Positions 1-12,655 of a stretch of DNA of 64,000 nucleotides are shown piece after piece. The notes beneath the pieces were generated by a model, which worked only from the letters and a program-made list of their open reading frames with translations, did no database searches and was not told where the DNA came from. Origin of the DNA: Octopus sinensis (lineage: Eukaryota); the NCBI RefSeq assembly GCF_006345805.1, contig NC_043020.1, positions 8,866,001-8,930,000 on the forward strand, given 5' to 3'. A program made the position numbers and the translations under genes. Positions within the stretch are counted from its first letter, which is position 1. Each line of letters opens with the position of its first letter.

Positions 1-493
1 ATTGTATTGTTGGCGGTAGTGGCGGTTGTGTTGTTGGTACTGATAGCAGTGGTGATGGCCATACCATTGTGTTTGACATCATTATTTGGCTGTGTTTTTG
101 TTACCATGACAACAACATTGTTATCAGTTTCAATTGCAGCCGCATAAACACTAGACTTTGGAGAACACAAAAAAAAAAAAGAAAGAAAGAAACCCCCTCT
201 CACTTTCTCTGCCACACTTCATTTTCACTTTCTTTTCTTATGCAAGATCAAATATTAATATAGAATGGTTCAATGCTATTATTTGTCTTTTCTTTTTTTT
301 TTTTTTTGTTTTTAACAAAAACATGAAAATTTCAAAGCTTCAAAAATATTAAAAAGGCCCAATGCTCCTACTGGGCTGTCATTACAATAAAAACCACAAC
401 AAAACAGATGCACTCCTCTTTTCAATGGCCATAAGACAAAAAAACCCCAAAAAAACAGGCACACAAACACTCAAGGGAATGGAAAAACTTTAC

Positions 494-901
494 AGGCACA
501 GGAGTGGCTGCGTGGTAAGTAGCTTGCTAACCAACCACATGGTTCCGGGTTCAGTCCCACTGCATGGCACCTTGGGCAAGTGTCTTCTGCTATAGCCTCA
601 GGCTGACCAATGCCTTGTGAGTGGATTTGGTAGACGGAAACTGAAAGAAGCCTGTCGTATATATATGTATGTGTGTGTGTATATGTTTGTGTGTCTGTGT
701 TTGTCCCTCTAGCATTGCTTGACAACCGATGCTGGTGTGTTTACGTCCCCGTCACTTAGCGGTTCGTCAAAAGAGACCAATAGAATAAGTACTGGGCTTA
801 CAAAAAGAATAAGTTCCGGGGTCGAATTGCTCGATTAAAGGTGGTGCTCCAGCATGGCCGCAGTCAAATGACTGAAACAAGTAAAAGAGAGTAAAAGAGA
901 G
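494..901 (+). mobile_element. SINE family A (tRNA-like head, central microsatellite, (TAAAAGAG)n tail)
   Basis: Head GGAGTGGCTGCGTGGTAAG...GGTTCAGTCC with A/B-box-like motifs; about 20 near-identical copies in the window. Confidence 0.9.
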
Positions 902-1088
902 TGCCCCCAAATCATCCTGGCTTCTTTACACCACAGTAAATACAACAACATTGGCAGAATTATGAGAGGGCTAGATAAAGCCCTTTGAGGATTTTGTTTC
1001 AGCTCTTTATGAACTGTTTAAATCCAGCTGAAATGAACTTTACTTCTCATCCTTTTGGGGTCAGTGAAACAGGTACCAGTTGATGTAT

Positions 1089-1267
1089 ATAATTGGAGGT
1101 ATGTGAAATTGGGGTCAGTGAAATAAGTACAAGCTGGTGTATATAATTGGGGCCATGTATCTTCTCTAGAGCAAGATACATAATTGGGGGTATGTGAAAT
1201 TGGGGTCAGTGAAATAAGTACAAGCTGGTGTATATAATTGGGGCCATGTATCTTCTCTAGAGCAAGA
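1089..1267. repeat. 91-bp tandem duplication
   Basis: Units start at 1089 and 1180. Confidence 0.9.
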
Positions 1268-1811
1268 CATCTGTTCTTGGTCAAGGACAGCTCCCTCTTC
1301 TCGACAACCCCACTCAATCAAAGGTCTTTTCTATCCTTTGGGAGTAACCCGGTGACTTCATCAGTACTGCTGTCAAGAAGAAAAAAAACACCCAATATAT
1401 TCTGTAAAGTGGTTGGCATTAAGAAAGGAATCCAGCCATAGGAACCATGCCAAAACAGACAGAGTCTTCCAGTGCATTCGATCAGGTCAAACTGGCCGTT
1501 CCATAGCATCATGGAAGACTGGTATAAAATGAGATTGATGATGATACAATGACAGATACACAACTGTATTCTGATGGACAGAAATACAAAAATCAAACCC
1601 AAAGAGAACTGTCTGGAACGCAAAGAGTTACAGATAATGGCACAAGCTGTGCCATTGTCTGTGTGGTTTGCTTTGCAACCACATGGTTTCAGTCCCATTG
1701 TGTGGCACCTTGGGCAAGTTTCTTCTATTACAGCCTCGGGCAAAACTGATGCTTTATGGGTGAATGTGGTAGAGGGAGACTGTGTGGAAGCTTGCCATAT
1801 CCATGTGTGTG

Positions 1812-2090
1812 TATCATCATCATTTAACATCCGCTTTCCATGCTAGCATGGGTTGGACGGTTCAACTGGGGTCTGGGAAGCCCGAAGGCTGCACCAGGCC
1901 AGTCAGATCTGGCAGTGTTTCTACAGCTGGATGCCCTTCCTAACGCCAACCACTCCATGAGTGTAGTGGGTGCTTTTTATGTGCCACCGACACAGGTGCC
2001 AGGCGAGGCTGGCACGGCCACAATCGGATGGTGTTTGTTACGTGCCACCAGCACGGAGGCCAGTTGATGCGGTACTGGCTACGGCCACGT
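1812..2090 (-). mobile_element. Family D retroposed 3' fragment with (GAT)n tail
   Basis: Core TTGGCGTTAGGAAGGGCATCCAGC...GGACGTTAAACGATGATG shared by more than 12 copies. Confidence 0.85.
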
Positions 2091-2813
2091 ATATATATAA
2101 TATGCCTGTGTTTATTCCTTCAAACACTTGACGACAGGTGTTGGTTTATTTACATTCCTGTAACTTAGGAGTTCAACAAAAGGGATGATAAAATAAGTAT
2201 CAGACCTAAAAAGATGTCCTGGGGCAAGGGAGCATTGATCTACTTCACTAAAACGCTTCAAGATGGTGCCCCAGCAGGGCCACAGTCAAATGACTGAAGT
2301 AATAGATAAAAGATGAAGGTGGTGTGGAGGGGAAGGGATGGACACTAAGAGCAGGAAAAGGAGATGAGGAGCAGGAGGCAGTGATTAGCAGGAAGAGGAA
2401 GTGATGATGAGGAGGAGATGATGATGAGGAGGAGACAAGCAGGGTCTAAGCTTCAACAGGGGTCGAATAGAATCATGACTCTTGAATGATAATGACAATG
2501 GAAGTTGGGCACAGGTCATCGGTGCTTAGCCTTTTTGATACCAACCTGACTGAAACTGACCCTGATTCTCTGACACAAAGCCAGAAATTTCAGGGAGGAG
2601 TGGATATAGGGATTACATCAACCCCAGCACTCAACTGGTACCTATTTTAACTCTCGTAAAGACAAACAAAATGCTGCAAAGAATTTTGTCCGCTGCAGTA
2701 ACGATACTAACAAAAAATCCTTCTATTAAAACTGATTTCGATTTTTGGCACAAGGCCTGCAATCTCATGGGGTGGGGCAACTAGTCAATAACATCAACTG
2801 GTATTTATTCCAT

Positions 2814-3045
2814 AAGGCGGCGAGCTGGCAGAAACGTTAGCACGCCGGGCGAAATGCTTAGCGGTATTTCGTCTGCGTTACGTTGTGAGTTCGAATTCCG
2901 CCGAGGTCAACTTTGCCTTTCATCCTTTCGGGGTCGATAAATCCAGTACCAGTTACACACTGGGGTCGATGTAATCGACTTAATACCTATGTCTGTCCTT
3001 GTTTGTCCCCTCTGTGTTTAGCCCCTTGTGGGTAATAAAGAAATA
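2814..3045 (+). mobile_element. SINE family B (tRNA-like head plus Meta-like domain GCCTTTCATCCTTTCGGGGTCGATAAA)
   Basis: 14-bp TSD GGTATTTATTCCAT (2800-2813, 3046-3059); sits inside an older antisense B-like copy (about 2730-3182). Confidence 0.9.
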
Positions 3046-3307
3046 GGTATTTATTCCATCAATCCTAGAAGGATGAAAGGCTGGCAACCTCAGTGGAATT
3101 TGAACGCAGTATGTGAAGATGGATGAAATGCCATAAAGCATTCTGCCCAGCAAGGTGACAATTCTACCAGTTTGCTACCTTAAAACCAGGGTTGTGGAGT
3201 CGAAACAAGATACTTTGACTCCGACTCTTCTTTATGTAATTATGTGATTGTGGTCTACCTATCTCATAAAGCATACGCTTGTACTTTGAGTAGGCCTATA
3301 TGTTATA

Positions 3308-3695
3308 GTGGAGGTGCAATGGCCCAGTGGTTAGGGCAGCGGACTCACGGTCATAGGATCGCGGTTTCGATTCCCAGACCGGGCGTTGTGAGTGTTTATT
3401 GAGCGAAAACACCTAAAAGCTCCACAAGGCTCCAGCAGGGGATGGTGGTGATCCCTGCTGTACTCTTTCACCACAACTTTCTCTCACTCTTACTTCCTGT
3501 TTCTGTTGTACCTGTATTTCAAGGGGCCGGCTTTGTCACTCTCTGTGTCACGCTGAATATCCCCAAGAACTACGTTAAGGGTGCACGTGTCTGTGGAGTG
3601 CTCAGCCACTTACACGTTAATTTCACGAGCAGGCTGTTCCGTTGATTCGGATCAACCGGAACCCTCATCGTCGTAACCGACGGAGTGCTTCCATC
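3308..3695 (+). mobile_element. SINE family C (tRNA-derived head, A box TGGCCCAGTGG, B box GTTTCGATTCC)
   Basis: 10-bp TSD ATATGTTATA (3298-3307, 3696-3705); 3' stem-loop GTTGAT-TCGG-ATCAAC. Confidence 0.92.
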
Positions 3696-3903
3696 ATATG
3701 TTATAACTGGTTTATATTAAAGAATTAAGATATTAGGAGTCGGAATCAGAGTCAGTATAGTTTTACTAACTTGGACTCTACTTTTCGCACCACTGACTCC
3801 CCTTTATGTAATTAAGCGATTGTGGTCTACATATCTCATATGCATATGCTTGTACTTTGAGTAGGTCTATATGTTATAACTGGTTTATATTAAAGAATAA
3901 AGT

Positions 3904-4201
3904 TGAATCGTGGCCGAAGCCAGTGCCGCCTCGACTGGCTTCCGTGCCGGTGGCAAGTAAAATGCACCAATCTGACCGTGGATGATGCCAGCCTCGCCTG
4001 GCACCAGTGCAGGTGGCACGTAAAAAGCACCCACTACACTCACGGAGTGGTTGGCGTTAGGAAGGGCATCCAGCTGTAGAAACATTGCCAGATAAGACCA
4101 GAGCCTGGTGCAGCCTTCTGGCTTCCCAGATCCCCGGTCGAACCGTCCAACCCATGCTAGTATGGAGAACGGACGTTAAACGATGATGATGATGATGATG
4201 A
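3904..4201 (+). mobile_element. Family D
   Basis: Consensus match. Confidence 0.85.
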
Positions 4202-4317
4202 AAGACACTGGGAGTCAGTATAGTTTTACTGACTCAGACTCCAGCTACCCCTTAATTGTTTCCGACTGACTCCACAGCGCTGCTTTAAAACCCTACATTA
4301 TATTTCATGTCAATTTG

Positions 4318-4560
4318 TGAAAGCACATGGCTCCGTGGTTAGAGCATGAGGCTCACAATCATGAGGTAGTGATTACAATTCCCAGACCCAGCTGTGTGTT
4401 GTGTTCTTGAGCAAGATACTTTATTTCACATTGCTCCAGTTCACTCAGCTGTAAAAATGAGTTGCAACATCACTGATGCCAAGCTGTATCAGCCCCTTTG
4501 CCTTTCCCCTTGATAACATGGGTGGTATGGAGAGGGGAGACTGGTATGCATGGGTGACTG
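4318..4560 (+). mobile_element. SINE family E (tRNA head plus CORE-like TGTGTTCTTGAGCAAGATACTTTATTTCAC)
   Basis: Related copies at 10849-11135 (+), 14075-14325 (-), 49206-49375 (+) and 59755-60010 (-). Confidence 0.75.
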
Positions 4561-4873
4561 CCCAGAAGGGAACCTCCTAGGTGCAATCCCATGGTCATTC
4601 ATGACTGAAAAAGGTCACCACCCTTTTTACCCAATTTGAGTTTCAAATATCAGATTTATAATGATGCTATTTTACTAAATTCTTCAAAGTTTCAAAATTA
4701 ACCAAAACAAAGACTGTGGGCTTCAACAGATATATGGTAAGGAAAGGATTAGGAAACTCTGGGTTCAATTTTACTGAGTGTCACCCGAGGAATGGGTCTT
4801 CTTTCTACCAAAGCCTTGGGATCAGAACAAGCAATGGGACTGAAACTAGATTAACCCCTTCACCCCCCCCCCC

Positions 4874-5053
4874 CGGTTGCGGATCCATGGAACAAGCTGC
4901 CAGACGAGATGGTGAAGATGCCGACGACCGCTTTGTTCAAAGTCTCCCTTGACCTCAAGTGGCCTGAACTCTTTACATGAACACCACCCTGTACATAACA
5001 CCATGTCCCCCTACACGGCCTTGCTTTTGAGCCAAAAAATTAACTAACTAACC
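4874..5053 (+). mobile_element. CR1-type LINE 3' end
   Basis: VADPWNKLPDEMVKMPTTALFKVSLDLKWPELFT* (4876-4980) fits the CR1 ORF2 C-terminus; short UTR and (CTAA)n tail. Confidence 0.8.
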
Positions 5054-5720
5054 AACCCCTGGGTGTCTTACTCTGCAGTAAAAAGACAAGGTGTGGAGAA
5101 TAATCAAAAGAGTAGTTTACTCCCCCCCACTACTAGGTCGGCAACATGCCCCCTCTCCTACCCCCCCACCCCCATACCAGTTTTAAGAGGTGAACTATCT
5201 GCCCAGATAGCTAAACAAGTAGACATCAGAGGCAGGTGAGAGCAGGGTGGAGATGAACGGGATAAGTAAACCTCAGCTGCAAGTCTCCCACCCCCACCCC
5301 CCATGAATAATGGGGGGGGGGGTGACAGAGCAAGAGGAATGATAACCATCTGCCAATAGTCAACACACACACACACACATATGTATATATACACAAGCAT
5401 ACACAAGGAAGAAAGGTAGGAGTTATAGAGGCAGAGAAATAGGTTGACCACAACCAAACAATATAGAACAATGGATGAAAAAGTAAAAAAAATATTCTGT
5501 GTCACCTATTTATTGCAGAATAAACAGTAATAATAATAATATACAAGAGGGGAAGGGTAGCAGCAGCACTGGTGCTGATTGACAACTTTAGTGAGAAAAA
5601 TGAAGTGGGTATACACAGGATTTATACATTATATATATAAACAGAGAGAAAGAGATCTAAAAATTCATGAGTCAGAAACAAATATGCTCCCATATACTGG
5701 TCAATAGTAGAGTGGGTATA

Positions 5721-6365
5721 CTCTTTTACTTGTTTCAGTCATTTGACTGTGGCCATGCTGGAGCACCGCCTTTAATCGAGCAGCTCGACCCCGGGACTTA
5801 TTCTTTTGTAAGCCCATTACTTATTCTATCGGTCTCTTTTGCCGAACCGCTAAGTAACGGGGACATAAACACACCAGCATCGGTTGTCAAGCAATGCTAG
5901 GGGAACAAACACAGACACACAAACATACACGCACACACACACATATATATATACATAAAGAAAGGCGGCGAGCTGGTAGAAACGTTAGCACGCCGGGCGA
6001 AATTCGTAGCCGTATTTCGTCTGTCGTTACGTTCCGAGTTCAAATTCCGCCGAGGTCGACTTTGCCTTTCATCCTTTCGGGGTCGATAAATTAAGTACCA
6101 GTTACGCACTGGGGTCGATGTAGTCGACTTAATCCCTTTGTCTGTCTTTGTTTGTCCCCTCTGTGTTTAGCCCCTTGTGGGTAGTAAAGAAATATATATA
6201 TACATATATACGACAGGCTTCTTTCAGTTTCCGTCTACCAAATCCACTCACAAGGCATTGGTCGGCCCGAGGCTATAGCAGAAGACACTTGCCCAAGGTG
6301 CCATGCAGTGGGACTGAACCCGGAACCATGTGGTTGGTAAACAAGCTACTTACCACACAGCCACT
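5721..6365 (-). mobile_element. SINE A with nested SINE B
   Basis: Family A consensus; flanked by ~90-bp direct repeats. Confidence 0.9.
5962..6192 (+). mobile_element. SINE B nested in the SINE A microsatellite
   Basis: Matches 2814-3045. Confidence 0.9.
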
Positions 6366-6696
6366 ATATATAAACAGAGAGAGAGAGAGAAAGAGATCTA
6401 AAAATTCATGAGTCAGAAAAACATATGCTCCCATATATTGGTCAATAGTAGAGTGGGTATATTATATTGGTGTGTGTGTGTGTTCATTTTTAACTATGTT
6501 TGTCCCCCATCACTGCTCGACAATTGTTGACGTGTTTACTCCCCCATAACTTAGACAGATAGAATGAGAATAAGACTTGAAACAAAACTAAGTACAGGGG
6601 GAGGGCAAGTTCTACTAAAATTCTTCAAAGCAGTGCCTAGCATGGCCACAGTCTAATGACCAGAACAACATTATATATATATATATATATATATAT

Positions 6697-6866
6697 AGGC
6701 GCAGGAGTGGCTGTGGTAAGTAGCTTGCTAACCAACCACATGGTTCCGGGTTCAGTCCCACTGCGTGGCACCTTGGGCTAGTGTCTTCTACTATAGCCTC
6801 GGGTCGACCAATGCCTTGTGAGTGGATTTGGTAGACGGAAACTGAAAGAAGCCTGTCGTATATATG

Positions 6867-6901
<35 letters not shown>

Positions 6902-7090
6902 CAGTGTTTGTCCCCCTAGCATTGCTTGACAACCGATGCTGGTGTGTTTATGTCCCCGTTACTTAGCGGTTCAGCAAAAGAGACCGATAGAATAAGTACT
7001 GGGCTTACAAAGAATAAGTCTCAACTAAAGGCGGTGCTCCAGCATGGCCGCGGTCAAATGACTGAAACAAGTAAAAGAGTAAAAAGAGAG
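6697..7090 (+). mobile_element. SINE A
   Basis: Family consensus match. Confidence 0.9.
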
Positions 7091-7127
<37 letters not shown>

Positions 7128-7128
<1 letters not shown>

Positions 7129-7475
7129 AGGTGCAGGCATGGCTTTGTGGTTAAGAAGCTTGCTTTGCAATCATGTGGTTTTGGGGTTCAATCCCATGTG
7201 GTACTTTGTGCAAGTGTCTTCTACTGCAGTCCTGGGTTGACCAATGCCTTGTGAGCGAATTTGCTATATGGAAACTGTGAGGAAGCCTGTTGTATAGGTG
7301 TCCTACCACACCCAGATAACTGGTGTTGGTTTGTTTACATCCCCATAACTTAGTAGTTTGGTGAAAAAAGACCAATAAGTATCAAACTTAGAAATAAGTA
7401 CTGAGGTTGATTTTTGATTGTTGGAACTCTTCAAGGCAGTACTCCAGCATGGCCACAATCCAGTGACGGAAACCA
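7128..7475 (+). mobile_element. Older SINE A-like copy
   Basis: Diverged consensus match. Confidence 0.7.
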
Positions 7476-7504
7476 ATACATATACATCATGTATCCAATT
7501 TGTG

Positions 7505-7840
7505 TGTCAGTCATTTGACCGTGGCCATGCTGAACCCCAGGACTAATTCTTTGTAAGCCCAGTACTTGCTCTATTGGTATCTTTTGCCAAACCGCTAAGT
7601 TACCGAGACATAAATACACCAATATCAGTTGTGGGGCACAAACACAGACACATGCATTCATATATTTGTGTGTGTGTGTGTACGACAGGCTTCTTTCAGT
7701 TTCCGTCTACCAAATCCACTCACAAAGCTTTGGTTGGCCCAAGGCTATAGTAGAAGACACTTGCCCAAGGTGCCACACAGTGGGACTGAACCCAGAATCA
7801 TGTCGTTGGGAAGCATGCTTCTTACCAAACAGCCGCACCT
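7505..7840 (-). mobile_element. SINE A
   Basis: Consensus match with internal deletion. Confidence 0.8.
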
Positions 7841-7874
7841 ATATTATATATATATTATATATATATATATTATA

Positions 7875-8035
7875 GTGGCAGTGTGGTAAGTAGCTTGCTT
7901 ACAACCACATGGTTCCGGGTTCAGTCCCACTGCGTGGAACCTTGGTCAAGTGTCTTCTACTATAGCCTCGGGCCGACCAAAGCTTTGTGAGTGGATTTGG
8001 TAGACGGAAACTGAAAGAAGCCTGTCGTATATATG

Positions 8036-8084
<49 letters not shown>

Positions 8085-8312
8085 TATATATGTTGTGTGT
8101 GTATATGTTTGTGTCTGTTGTTTGTTCCCCTAGCATTGCTTGACAACCGATGCTGGTGTGTTTACGTCCCCGTCATTTAGCGGTTCGGCAAAAGAGACCG
8201 ATAGAATAAGTACTGGGCTTACAAAGAATAAGTTCTAGGGTCGATTTGCTCTACTAAAGGCGGTGCTCCAGCATGGCCGCAGTCAAATAACTGAAACAAG
8301 TAAAAGAGTAAA
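7875..8312 (+). mobile_element. SINE A
   Basis: Consensus match. Confidence 0.88.
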
Positions 8313-9044
8313 ATAGTACACAAACATGTACACATATGTACATGCAGACATATCTATCTTTATTTATACACACACAAACATACATATAGTGATGTGAGAG
8401 AAAAAAAAACCAAGCATGCATGCATACATACATCTACATTGTGTTCATTGATGCTTATATATAAACAAAAAGACACCTGGCTTATAAGGAAGAAGGCTTT
8501 CAAGACGTAACCCAAATTGCTAGAAATACTTATAAAATCTTTCAAAACCACATCCTACTGTGCTAAAGAAGGCAGACCAAACATATCTGCTTAGTGTCAT
8601 CCTAGATATACTATGCCTGTTAAAAGACAAGGCAGTCATGGTCGGGACATGTTTGACCAGAGGCTGGTCGACCAAGGCAGACCTGTGGCTAAACAACGGC
8701 AGCGAGATGAAGATATAGAGACAGAGAGAAGAGAGAAAGAAGGGTGTAGAAATCACAGCAGACATGAACCTAGAGAACAAAGAGAAAGAGTCATCTATTT
8801 ATTAGAGCATGGTAAAGAGGAGGAGGAGGTGAGGAAGAGGGGGAACCCACAGACGACTTCAGTAAAGACTGAATATGTCTGTTGTGTGTGTGTGTGTATG
8901 TATGTGAGTGTATAATGAAGATAATAATGAGGTGATTGTATACATTGCTCAGGTGCAATACAATCCCTTTGAAACGGAAAAGAGAGTGAAACCACTCATA
9001 AGTCAAGTAAAGACAGACAGAAATGAAAGCCAAATATGTGTGTG

Positions 9045-9083
<39 letters not shown>

Positions 9084-9084
9084 C

Positions 9085-9482
9085 AGGCGCAGGAGTGGCT
9101 GTGTGGTAAGTAGCTTGCTAACCAACCACATGGTTCCGGGTTCAGTCCCACTGCGTGGCATCTTGGGCAAGTGTCTTCTGCTATAGCCTCGGGTCGACCA
9201 ATGCCTTGTGAGTGGATTTGGTAGACGGAAACTGAAAGAAGCCTGTCGTATATATGTATATATATGTATGTGTGTGTGTTTGTGTGTCTGTGTCTGTCCC
9301 CCTAGCATTGCTTGACAACCGATGCTGGTGTGTTTACGTCTCCGTCACCTAGCGGTTCGGCAAAAGAGACCGATAGAATAAGTACTGGGCTTACAAAGAA
9401 TAAGTCCCGGGGTCGATTTGCTCGACTAAAAGGCGGTGCTCCAGCATGGCCGCAGTCAAATGACTGAAACAAGTAAAAGAGT
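9085..9482 (+). mobile_element. SINE A
   Basis: Consensus match. Confidence 0.9.
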
Positions 9483-9889
9483 ATATATAATATATACATA
9501 GTAGAATAAGAAATAGAAAGTCATTATATATTTTGTTTGATTCAACTCTTCAAGGCAGTACTCCAGCATGGCCATTCCTATTCATTTTTTTTTCAAATAT
9601 ATAATACTGGATTAACCAATGCCTTGTGAGAGAATTTGCTATATGGAAACTGTGTGGAAGCCTGTTGTGTGTGTGTCCCACCACTGCTAGATAACTGGTG
9701 TTGGTTTGTTTACATCTCCATAACCTAGCAGTTTGGCAAAAAAGACCAATAAAATATGTACGGTATTATATATTTGAAAAAACTGAACAGAAATGGCTTT
9801 TCTGATAATTTACTAATTAGATGTTTGTGCCTAATTAGAGTAGAAAAAATCATCAGCAAAGTCAATTTTATTCATTCTTTCAAATATAT

Positions 9890-10236
9890 ATTCTTTTATT
9901 TGTTTCAGTCATGTGACTGCGGCCATGCTGGAGCACCGCCTTTAGTCGAACAAATCAACCCCAGGACTTATTCTATAGGTCTCTTTTGCCGAACTGCTAA
10001 GTTATGGGGACGTAAACACACCAACATCAGCTGTCAAAAGATGGCTGGGGGACAAACAAAGACACACAAATATATATATACTATGGGCTTCTTTCAGTTT
10101 CCGTCTACCAAATCCACTCACAAGGTTTAAGTCAGCCCAAAGGCAATAGTAGAAGACACTTGTCCAAGGTGCTACACACAGTGGGACTGAACCCGAAAAT
10201 GTGGTTGGGAAGCAAGCTTCTTACCACATAGCCACA
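9890..10236 (-). mobile_element. SINE A (diverged)
   Basis: Consensus match. Confidence 0.8.
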
Positions 10237-10848
10237 TATATAAACATACACACTCGTAATACAGCAGATAATTTCGTTAATTATATAAAGGCAAGGGATC
10301 AGCAAAAATCATTCGAGCATCAGAATAAACACATTTTGTGGTTTTATGTTCCAGATCTTTAGGTCCTTAGTTCAAAATTCACCAAACTCAGCTTCACCGC
10401 TTTTTGCTTTTTTCTTTTTTTTTTTTTGTATCCCTTTTTTGGAGGCGTGTGGAGTGGGGGGGGGGTGAGGGTAGAGTTATTAAAATACAGAATCAGTCAA
10501 GTAACTGGGGTGGGGGAGGAAGGAGGAGAGGGGGAGAAGGGTCAGTGACATATGCTACCCCCCCCCACCACCACCCCCACACTCGCATAAAATTGCCTGC
10601 TGGCCTTGATGCTAAACAACAGGAACAATTATTTAGGACTCATGACTGTCGCTGTTCTGGGCAAAAGGGTGGGGATGGGGTGGAGTGGGGGCTAGAGGCG
10701 ATGATTCACCCTTCACAATGTGCAATGAGTTTAAGCAGTAACAAGAAGAATGGTAGCGCTTGATATAACACCCCCTACACACACACACACACCCTACCCC
10801 TACGTATGGAACGCTCTCCCGTTTGCACCTCTATGTGTAAATATATAT

Positions 10849-11135
10849 GTGCGTGTGGCCTAGTGGTTAGTTGTGTTGCACTCACAGTCGTGAGATCGTG
10901 GTTTCGATTCCCCAGGTAGGCTGTGTGTTGTATTCTTGAGCAAAACACTTCATTTCATGTTGCTCAGTCCACTCAGCTGTAAATGGTTTTACCCTGCGAT
11001 GGACTAGCCTTCTGAGATCGGGGATTGTTGGCCTAACCAGTAGAATGGTATCATTAAATAATGGAAAGTGCATTGTGACCAGTGATGTGCAACATCTGAT
11101 TGTCTGACTGGTCATGTAATCACATTGAATATATA
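10849..11135 (+). mobile_element. SINE E
   Basis: TGGCCTAGTGG...GTTTCGATTCC head plus CORE-like domain. Confidence 0.75.
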
Positions 11136-11270
11136 AATATATATGTGTGTGAGTGTGTGTATATATATATATATATATATACATATAAAGAGAGTAAAAA
11201 TTATTAATTTATAATTAATGAATTTCACCAAGTAGTTTCAGTACGAAAAAGAACCATATTCAATAATTGT

Positions 11271-11297
<27 letters not shown>

Positions 11298-11311
<14 letters not shown>

Positions 11312-11448
11312 AGAGAGAGGGAAAGAAATTGGAGTTTAAGAAGGTAACAACTTCACAAGATGATGCCATGAGACACACATCTATGTACATAGGGATACGT
11401 ACGTGTGTATGTGTGTACGTACATATGAGCATGCTTATAAATTATATT

Positions 11449-11484
<36 letters not shown>

Positions 11485-11640
11485 AGAGAGAGGGAAAGAA
11501 ATTGGAGTTTAAGAGGTAACAACTTCACAAGATGATGCCATGAGACACACATCTATGTACATAGGGATACGTACGTGTGTATGTGTGTACGTACATATGA
11601 GCATGCTTATAAATTATATTAATTATATATATATATATAT
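11298..11640. repeat. Near-perfect ~175-bp tandem duplication bounded by (TA)n
   Basis: Units essentially identical apart from a 1-bp indel (aagaaggt / aagaggt). Confidence 0.9.
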
Positions 11641-11904
11641 ATTTACATGTGTGTGTGTGATTACCATCATTAAATATAAATTGTTGATTTCTTGAAATTA
11701 TCTCCACTTCCAGAGAAGGTAGAGCAATCATTAGAACAATCACATCGTAGCAATTGTGACCAACTCCAGATGAGAAGGGGAGACAATCTCCAGAAAGAAG
11801 AGTTCTCCAAAACTGAGATGTGATTGTGTCTTCACCTACCTCACACCAGCATGGGAAAAGGGAACATAAAAACAGAATTATATCTACATGTAGATCTATA
11901 TATA

Positions 11905-12655
11905 TAGCTGCAGGCGTGAACCTCCTGGTTCTGGGTTCAGTCCCACTGCGTGGCACCTTGGGCAAATGTCCTTTTTTATAGCCTAGGGTTGACCAAAGCT
12001 TTGTGAGTGGATTTGGTAGAAGGAAACTGTAAGAAGCCTGTCGTGTGTGTTTGTCCCCCCACCAGAGGTTGACAACTGATGTTGGTGTGTCTGCATCCCC
12101 GTAACTTAGTGGTTTAGCAAAGGAGACCAATAGAAAAAAGAACCTTGGGTTGATTCATTCAACTAAAAAGTCAAAGTAGTGCCCCAGCATGGCCGCAGAC
12201 TAATGACAAACAAGTAAAAGATAAAAGACATATATAGGCGCAGGTGTGGCTGTGTGGTAAGAAGCTTGCTTCCCGACCACATGAGTCAGAGTTCAGTCCC
12301 ACTGCGTGGCACCCTAGGCAAGTGTCTTCTAGTGTAGCCTTCGGCTGACCAAAGCCTTGTGAGTGGATTCAGACGGAAACTGAAAGAAGCCCGTTGTATA
12401 TATATATATGTATGTGTGTGTGTGTGTATATATATATAATGTATGTATATGTTTTGGCATCTATATATGTCTCCCTACCATCGCTTGACAACCGATGTTG
12501 GTGTGTTTGTGTCCCCTTAACTTAGCAGTTCAGCAAAAGAGAATCGACAATAAATACCAGGCTTACAAAGAATAAGTCCGGGGGGGTCAATTTATTCGAC
12601 TAAAGGCAGTGCTCCAGCATGGCCACAATCAAATGACTGAAAGACGTAAAAGAAT
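11905..12655 (+). mobile_element. Two tandem diverged SINE A copies (about 11905-12230 and 12236-12655)
   Basis: Consensus match. Confidence 0.8.

Larger units (their letters stand above)
3187..4282. mobile_element. hAT-like MITE carrying nested SINE C and family D insertions
   Basis: Ends CAGGGTTGTGGAGTCG / revcomp CAGCGCTGTGGAGTCA; subterminal GAGTC repeats; imperfect 8-bp flanks cttaaaac / ctttaaaa. Confidence 0.65.

Noticed and set aside
3308-3385. SINE heads (A, B, C, E) as tRNA genes
   Set aside because: No complete cloverleaf; they continue into SINE bodies, several with TSDs.
3885-4085. Recurring ORFs such as MFLQLDALPNANHS and MSSNARGTNTDT
   Set aside because: Translations of family D and SINE A copies, not genes.
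8500-8730. Open frames in unique-looking DNA
   Set aside because: No recognisable motif and no convincing splice-site pair.
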